A stretch of DNA of 31,985 nucleotides from a virus (lineage: Duplodnaviria; Heunggongvirae; Uroviricota; Caudoviricetes). Positions 26,451 through 31,985 of this stretch are shown piece by piece. The stretch covers positions 1-31,985 of the IMG/VR virus record IMGVR_UViG_2565956620_000001. One strand, given 5' to 3'. Both the position numbers and the translations under genes were made by a program. The notes under the pieces are model-generated. The model was not told the origin of the DNA. It did no database searches and worked only from the letters and a program-made list of their open reading frames with translations. Within the stretch, counting starts at the first letter, position 1; each line of letters opens with the position of its first letter.

Positions 26451-28890
26451 CAATGTAAAATTACAGGTATTGCTCAGGGCTGTTGACCAGGCATCCCGCC
26501 CGTTTAAATCCATCCGCACAGCGAGTAAGTCGCTGTCGGGGGATATCCGGGAAACACAAAAATCACTGCGCGAGCTGAACGGTCAGGCATCCCGTATTGA
26601 GGGGTTCCGCAAGACCAGTGCACAGCTCGCCGTGACTGGTCAGGAACTGAAAAAAGCCAGACAGGAAGCCGCAGCACTGGCTGTCCAGTTTAAAAATACT
26701 GAACGACCAACAAATGCACAGGCAAAGGCAATGGAAGCCGCGCGTAAAAATGTGTCGGAGTTACAGGCGAAATATAACAGCCTGAGATTGTCGGTACAGC
26801 GCCAGCGTCAGGAACTGAGTCAGGCGGGTATTAATACCCGTAATCTGGCGCATGATGAACGAGGGCTGAAAAACCGTATCAGTGAAACCACCGTACAGCT
26901 TAACCGGCAGCGTGACGCGCTGGCGCGTGTCAGTGCGCAACAGGCAAAACTTAACGCAGTAAAACAGCGTTATCAGGCCGGAAAGGAACTGGCCGGAAAT
27001 ATGGCCTCAGTGGGCGCTGCCGGTGTGGGGATTGCTGCTGCGGGAACGATGGCCGGTGTTAAGCTGCTGATGCCCGGTTATGAGTTTGCGCAGAAAAACT
27101 CAGAATTGCAGGCTGTGCTCGGTGTCGCAAAAGACTCCGCCGAAATGGCCGCGCTACGCAAACAGGCGCGCCAGCTCGGCGACAATACCGCAGCCTCGGC
27201 AGATGATGCAGCCGGTGCACAGATTATCATTGCGAAAGCGGGTGGAGATGCTGCGGCTATTCAGGCGGCAACGCCGGTCACGCTGAATATGGCACTGGCG
27301 AATCAGCGGTCGATGGAAGAAAACGCGCAACTGTTGCTGGGGACTAAAGCATCTTTTCAACTGTCAAATGATGATGTCAGCCATGTGGGCGATGTGTTGT
27401 CGGCAACGATGAATAAGTCGGCGGCTGATTTTCAGGGACTCAGTGATGCACTGACTTATCTTGGCCCGGTCGCAAGAACGGCAGGTGTAAGTCTTGAGCA
27501 GGCAGCAGCCATGACCGGTGTGCTGCATGACAATAACATCAGGGGGTCAATGGCGGGTACTGGTAGTAGTGCCGTTGTCACCCGATTACAGGCTCCGACA
27601 GGGAAAGCATGGGAAGCACTCAAAGAGCTTGGCGTTAAAACCTCGGACAAAAAGGGAAATATGCGTCCGTTGTTCACCATTCTGAAAGAGATTCAGGCCA
27701 GCTTTGATAAACACAAGCTGGGAACGTCTCAGAAGGGGGAATACCTTAAAACCATTTTTGGTGAGGAAGCCCTGAAATCAGCGAACGTTTTACTGGCAGC
27801 GGCTGCAAGCGGAAAGCTGGATAAGCTGACCGCCACGCTGAAAGCCTCGGACGGTAAAACGGAAGAGCTGGTTAAAATCATGCAGGATAACCTCGGCGGT
27901 GACTTTAAGGAGTTTCAGTCCGCTTATGAGGCGGTGGGGACAGACCTGTTTGACCAGCAGGAAGGCGCACTGCGTAAGCTCACTCAGACGGCCACAAAGT
28001 ATGTGTTAAAACTCGACGGCTGGATCCAGAAAAACAAATCACTGGCGTCAACCATCGGCCTCATTGTCGGTGGCGCGCTGGCGCTTATTGGCATCATCGG
28101 TGCCATTGGTCTTGTAGCCTGGCCGGTTATCACCGGCATCAATGCCATCATCGCGGCAGCAGGCGCAATGGGGGCAATCTTCACGACGGTTGGCAGTGCT
28201 GTTATGACCGCCATCGGGGCGATTAGCTGGCCGGTTGTGGCCGTGGTGGCTGCCATTGTCGCCGGGACGTTGCTTATCCGTAAATACTGGGAGCCTGTCA
28301 GCGCATTCTTTGGCGGTGTGGTTGAAGGGCTGAAAGCGGCATTTGCGCCGGTGGGGGAACTGTTCACGCCACTTAAGCCGGTGTTTGACTGGCTGGGCGA
28401 AAAGTTACAGGCCGCGTGGCAGTGGTTTAAAAACCTGATTGCCCCGGTCAAAGCCACACAGGACACCCTGAACCGTTGCCGTGACACGGGCGTCATGTTC
28501 GGGCAGGCACTGGCTGACGCGTTGATGCTACCGCTTAATGCGTTCAACAAACTGCGCAGCGGTATTGACTGGGTACTGGAAAAACTCGGTGTTATCAACA
28601 AAGAGTCAGACACACTTGACCAGACCGCAGCCAGAACTCATGCCGCCACGTATGGCACCGGTGGTTATATTCCGGCGACCAGCTCTTATGCAGGCTATCA
28701 GGCTTATCAGCCGGTTACGGCACCGGCTGGCCGCTCTTATGTGGACCAGAGTAAAAACGAATATCACATCAACCTGACGGGTGGTACTGCGCCGGGGACA
28801 CAGCTTGACCGCCAGTTACAGGATGCGCTCGAAAAATACGAGCGGGATAAACGTGCGCGCGCCCGTGCCAGCATGATGCATGACGGTTAA
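26443..28890 (+). CDS. T: Tail tape-measure protein (815 aa)
   Basis: Length; coiled-coil N-terminus and glycine/alanine-rich hydrophobic segment; synteny. Confidence 0.9.
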   Translation: MSNNVKLQVLLRAVDQASRPFKSIRTASKSLSGDIRETQKSLRELNGQASRIEGFRKTSAQLAVTGQELKKARQEAAALAVQFKNTERPTNAQAKAMEAARKNVSELQAKYNSLRLSVQRQRQELSQAGINTRNLAHDERGLKNRISETTVQLNRQRDALARVSAQQAKLNAVKQRYQAGKELAGNMASVGAAGVGIAAAGTMAGVKLLMPGYEFAQKNSELQAVLGVAKDSAEMAALRKQARQLGDNTAASADDAAGAQIIIAKAGGDAAAIQAATPVTLNMALANQRSMEENAQLLLGTKASFQLSNDDVSHVGDVLSATMNKSAADFQGLSDALTYLGPVARTAGVSLEQAAAMTGVLHDNNIRGSMAGTGSSAVVTRLQAPTGKAWEALKELGVKTSDKKGNMRPLFTILKEIQASFDKHKLGTSQKGEYLKTIFGEEALKSANVLLAAAASGKLDKLTATLKASDGKTEELVKIMQDNLGGDFKEFQSAYEAVGTDLFDQQEGALRKLTQTATKYVLKLDGWIQKNKSLASTIGLIVGGALALIGIIGAIGLVAWPVITGINAIIAAAGAMGAIFTTVGSAVMTAIGAISWPVVAVVAAIVAGTLLIRKYWEPVSAFFGGVVEGLKAAFAPVGELFTPLKPVFDWLGEKLQAAWQWFKNLIAPVKATQDTLNRCRDTGVMFGQALADALMLPLNAFNKLRSGIDWVLEKLGVINKESDTLDQTAARTHAATYGTGGYIPATSSYAGYQAYQPVTAPAGRSYVDQSKNEYHINLTGGTAPGTQLDRQLQDALEKYERDKRARARASMMHDG

Positions 28891-28904
28891 GGAGGTGATG
28901 AAAA

Positions 28905-29384
28905 ATGATGCTCGCGTTAGGTATGTTTGTTTTTATGCGCCAGACGCTGCCACACCAGACCATGCAGCGTGAATCAGATTATCGCTGGCCGTCAAATTCC
29001 CGTATCGGTAAACGGGATGCCTACCAGTTTCTCGGCGTTGGCGAGGAAAACATCACGCTTGCCGGTGTGCTTTATCCCGAACTGACCGGCGGCAAGCTGA
29101 CGATGACCACGCTCAGGCTGATGGCAGAGGAGGGGCGAGCGTGGCCGTTGCTGGATGGCACCGGCATGATTTACGGCATGTATGTCATCAACAAGGTGAG
29201 TGAAACAGGGAGTATTTTCTTTGCAGACGGCACACCCCGGAAAATTGATTTTACGCTGTCGCTCACCCGCGTTGATGAATCACTGGCCGCGCTTTATGGC
29301 GATATCGGTAAACAGGCGGAGTCGCTCATCGGTAAGACTGGCAGTATGGCGACCAGATTCACGGGTATGACGGGGGCAGGATAA
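28905..29384 (+). CDS. U: Tail protein U (159 aa)
   Basis: AAGGAGG RBS; synteny and length. Confidence 0.85.
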   Translation: MMLALGMFVFMRQTLPHQTMQRESDYRWPSNSRIGKRDAYQFLGVGEENITLAGVLYPELTGGKLTMTTLRLMAEEGRAWPLLDGTGMIYGMYVINKVSETGSIFFADGTPRKIDFTLSLTRVDESLAALYGDIGKQAESLIGKTGSMATRFTGMTGAG

Positions 29385-30547
29385 TGCTGGATGCGCTGAC
29401 ATTTGATGCAGGCAGTACGCTGACGCCGGATTACATGCTGATGCTCGACAGCAGGGATATTACCGGCAATATCAGCGACCGTCTGATGAGCATGACTCTG
29501 ACGGATAACCGGGGCTTTGAGGCTGACCAGCTTGATATTGAACTGAACGATGCCGACGGGCAGGTCGAACTGCCGGTTCGTGGCGCTGTCCTGACGGTGT
29601 ATATCGGCTGGAAAGGTTTTGCCCTGGTATGCAAAGGGAAATTCACCGTTGATGAGGTTGAACACCGGGGCGCGCCGGATGTGGTCACCATCCGCGCCCG
29701 GAGTGCAGATTTCCGCGGGACGCTCAATTCCCGCCGTGAAGGCTCCTGGCATGACACCACGCTCGGTGCGATTGTTGAGGCGATAGCCTCCCGTAACAGG
29801 CTGGAAGCCAGTGTCGCTCCGTCACTGGCCGGAATTAAAATTCCGCACATCGACCAGTCGCAGGAGTCTGATGCGAAATTCCTGACCCGCCTTGCAGAAC
29901 GCAACGGCGGTGAGGTGTCGGTAAAAATGGGAAAACTGCTGTTTCTCAAAGCGGGGCAGGGGGTGACGGCCAGCGGTAAAAAAATCCCGCAGATTACCAT
30001 CACTCGCAGCGACGGCGACCGCCATCATTTTGCGATTGCTGACCGTGGAGCCTACACCGGTGTAACGGCAAAATGGCTACACACCAAAGACCCGAAGCCT
30101 CAAAAGCAGAAGGTAAAACTGAAACGCAAAAAGAAAGAGAAACACCTGCGCGCACTGGAGCACCCGAAAGCGAAACCGGTCAGGCAGAAGAAAGCGCCTA
30201 AAGTACCGGAAGCGCGTGAAGGTGAATACATGGCCGGTGAGGCTGACAACGTTTTTGCCCTGACCACGGTATATGCCACGAAAGCGCAGGCCATGCGCGC
30301 CGCTCAGGCGAAGTGGGATAAGCTGCAACGGGGCGTTGCGGAGTTCTCCATCAGTCTGGCTACCGGTCGTGCTGATATTTACACGGAAACACCGGTTAAA
30401 GTGTCAGGCTTTAAGCGCGTCATAGACGAGCAGGACTGGACAATCACTAAGGTGACACATTTTCTGAATAATAGCGGCTTCACGACGTCCTTGGAGCTTG
30501 AGGTCAGGCTTTCTGATGTGGAGTACGAAACAGAAGATGATGAGTGA
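29384..30547 (+). CDS. D: Tail protein D (387 aa)
   Basis: TAATG overlap with U; synteny and length. Confidence 0.85.
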   Translation: MLDALTFDAGSTLTPDYMLMLDSRDITGNISDRLMSMTLTDNRGFEADQLDIELNDADGQVELPVRGAVLTVYIGWKGFALVCKGKFTVDEVEHRGAPDVVTIRARSADFRGTLNSRREGSWHDTTLGAIVEAIASRNRLEASVAPSLAGIKIPHIDQSQESDAKFLTRLAERNGGEVSVKMGKLLFLKAGQGVTASGKKIPQITITRSDGDRHHFAIADRGAYTGVTAKWLHTKDPKPQKQKVKLKRKKKEKHLRALEHPKAKPVRQKKAPKVPEAREGEYMAGEADNVFALTTVYATKAQAMRAAQAKWDKLQRGVAEFSISLATGRADIYTETPVKVSGFKRVIDEQDWTITKVTHFLNNSGFTTSLELEVRLSDVEYETEDDE

Positions 30548-30565
30548 TGTTTTTATTTTATCTGT

Positions 30566-30594
30566 TTGTTTTATAAGGATAAATTAGCTAAAAT
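30566..30594 (+). promoter_or_regulatory. Candidate ogr promoter: TTGTTT (30566..30571), 17 bp, TAAAAT (30589..30594)
   Basis: Hexamers at correct spacing about 35 bp upstream of the ogr ATG. Confidence 0.4.
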
Positions 30595-30628
30595 GGCACC
30601 ATCAACAAAACCGGAAGAGGTGCTCGCG

Positions 30629-30847
30629 ATGTTTCATTGTCCTTTATGCCAGCATGCCGCACATGCGCGTACAAGCCGCTATATCACTGACACGACAAAA
30701 GAGCGTTATCACCAGTGTCAGAACGTGAATTGCAGCGCCACGTTCATCACTTATGAGTCGGTACAGCGATACATCGTGAAGCCGGGAGAAGTCCACGCCG
30801 TAAGGCCGCACCCGTTACCATCAGGACAGCAAATTATGTGGATGTGA
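30629..30847 (+). CDS. ogr: Late-gene transcription activator Ogr (72 aa, zinc finger)
   Basis: Begins MFHCPLCQHAAHARTSRYITDTTKERYHQCQNVNCSATF with four Cys ligands; GGAAGAGG RBS; the track's N-terminal extension is not needed. Confidence 0.9.
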   Translation: MFHCPLCQHAAHARTSRYITDTTKERYHQCQNVNCSATFITYESVQRYIVKPGEVHAVRPHPLPSGQQIMWM

Positions 30848-30857
30848 TCACAAAAAT

Positions 30858-30884
30858 AGCCCCTCAGTTGAGGGGCTTATTTAT
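30858..30884 (+). terminator. Rho-independent terminator of ogr
   Basis: AGCCCCTC-agtt-GAGGGGCT stem followed by TATTTAT. Confidence 0.7.
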
Positions 30885-30890
30885 GGTCGA

Positions 30891-30909
30891 TGTGGACGCT
30901 ATGTGGACA
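30891..30909 (+). promoter_or_regulatory. Direct repeats TGTGGAC (30891..30897) and TGTGGACA (30902..30909); candidate integrase arm-type sites of attR
   Basis: Two copies 11 bp apart next to ogr, where the P2 right arm lies; the consensus is recalled from memory and uncertain. Confidence 0.35.
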
Positions 30910-30915
30910 GTGCTT

Positions 30916-30935
30916 GATATAAATCCATTTATATC
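30916..30935. repeat. Palindrome GATATAAAT-CC-ATTTATATC; candidate att core or host-factor site
   Basis: 9-bp perfect inverted arms; an IHF-like TATCATCAGGTTA follows at 30932..30944. Confidence 0.3.
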
Positions 30936-30974
30936 ATCAGGTTAGGTGCTTTTTTGTGACACCATCCCTGTCTT

Positions 30975-31001
30975 CCCCCACATGATGTGGGGGTTTTTTT
31001 T
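30975..31001 (+). terminator. Strong rho-independent terminator, probably of the upstream host gene and displaced by the prophage
   Basis: CCCCCACA-tga-TGTGGGGG stem followed by a T8 run; no plus-strand gene between the ogr terminator and this one. Confidence 0.65.
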
Positions 31002-31082
31002 ATCCTCAATTTGCTTGCTGCTTAATGCATTGCAGATGATTTGCTTCCGTTATACTACCGTCAGTTGATAGCGGGAGTATTT

Positions 31083-31985
31083 ATGAATCAATCTTATGGA
31101 CGGCTGGTCAGTCGGGCGGCGATTGCTGCGACGGCGATGGCTTCGCTGCTATTGCTGATTAAAATTTTTGCATGGTGGTATACCGGGTCGGTGAGTATTC
31201 TCGCCGCGCTGGTGGATTCGCTGGTGGATATCGGCGCGTCGTTGACGAATTTACTGGTGGTGCGATATTCCCTGCAACCTGCCGACGATAATCACTCGTT
31301 TGGTCACGGTAAAGCTGAGTCCCTCGCGGCGCTGGCGCAAAGTATGTTTATCTCCGGTTCGGCACTATTCCTGTTTTTGACGGGTATTCAACATCTGGTA
31401 TCTCCAACACCGATGACAGATCCAGGCGTCGGGGTTATCGTGACAATTGTGGCGCTAATTTGTACGATTATCCTTGTCTCGTTTCAGCGGTGGGTGGTGC
31501 GCCGGACGCAAAGCCAGGCGGTGCGGGCTGATATGCTACATTACCAGTCTGATGTTATGATGAACGGCGCAATTCTGCTGGCGCTGGGGTTGTCCTGGTA
31601 CGGCTGGCATCGCGCCGATGCTCTGTTTGCATTGGGAATCGGCATCTATATTTTATATAGCGCGTTACGCATGGGATATGAGGCGGTACAGTCATTACTG
31701 GATCGCGCATTGCCTGATGAAGAACGGCAAGAAATTATTGATATCGTGACTTCCTGGCCGGGTGTTAGCGGCGCTCACGATCTTCGCACGCGGCAGTCAG
31801 GGCCGACCCGCTTTATTCAGATTCATTTGGAAATGGAAGACTCTCTGCCTTTGGTTCAGGCACATATGGTGGCGGATCAGGTAGAGCAGGCTATTTTACG
31901 GCGTTTTCCGGGATCGGATGTGATTATCCATCAGGACCCCTGTTCCGTCGTACCCAGGGAGGGTAAACGGTCTATGCTTTCATAA
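31083..31985 (+). CDS. fieF: Cation-efflux pump FieF (CDF family, 300 aa), host gene
   Basis: Start [40 protein letters not shown] and full length match E. coli FieF as I recall it; GGGAG RBS before ATG 31083. Confidence 0.85.
   Translation: MNQSYGRLVSRAAIAATAMASLLLLIKIFAWWYTGSVSILAALVDSLVDIGASLTNLLVVRYSLQPADDNHSFGHGKAESLAALAQSMFISGSALFLFLTGIQHLVSPTPMTDPGVGVIVTIVALICTIILVSFQRWVVRRTQSQAVRADMLHYQSDVMMNGAILLALGLSWYGWHRADALFALGIGIYILYSALRMGYEAVQSLLDRALPDEERQEIIDIVTSWPGVSGAHDLRTRQSGPTRFIQIHLEMEDSLPLVQAHMVADQVEQAILRRFPGSDVIIHQDPCSVVPREGKRSMLS

Larger units (their letters stand above)
1..30950. mobile_element. P2-like prophage (int through ogr); left end at or beyond window start, right end (attR) inferred within about 30886..30970
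   Basis: Complete P2 gene order with P2-like protein lengths; cos 19-mer; host gene fieF immediately to the right. Confidence 0.9.

Noticed and set aside
27984-30003. Minus-strand ORFs inside T and D (27984..28613, 29431..30003)
   Set aside because: Antisense to well-supported tail genes in GC-rich DNA, with no independent signals.
15856-31082. ORF-track N-terminal extensions of L (15856), X (16356), lysB (17829), ogr (30566) and fieF (31041)
   Set aside because: In each case an internal ATG with a ribosome-binding site gives the expected ortholog length, and the extension overlaps an upstream gene or promoter.

Overview
The window is almost entirely one P2-like (Peduovirus-type) temperate myovirus prophage, running from the integrase stop codon at position 1 to an attR-like region near 30.9 kb, followed by the host cation-efflux gene fieF (31083..31985). 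The prophage is collinear with P2: int-C / cox-B-A early region, cos, Q-P / O-N-M-L capsid and packaging genes, lysis cassette, baseplate, tail fibre and tail genes, then ogr. Protein lengths and two diagnostic sites match what I recall of P2 (the gpA HUH motif with Tyr450/Tyr454, and the 19-nt cos sequence); all such matches are from memory, not a database search. The stand-out feature is an AT-rich cargo island (6386..9731) sitting exactly at the variable tin/old position between gene A and cos. It carries a translationally coupled two-gene operon (a 391-aa protein with a clear ParB/sulfiredoxin-type N-terminal domain plus a 318-aa protein with no motif I can recognise) and, convergent to it, a small C5-cytosine DNA methyltransferase. 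I do not recognise the operon as any named defence system, so it is the best candidate here for an undescribed anti-phage or restriction-modification-like module. The second P2 hotspot (Z/fun, between G and FI) is empty, holding only a 15-bp perfect inverted repeat. Other supportable signals include the Pe promoter with flanking direct repeats, a shared late-promoter element upstream of O and FI, the E/E' frameshift site, the lysB/lysC overlap, tandem 132-bp repeats in the tail-fibre gene, and the prophage-host junction.
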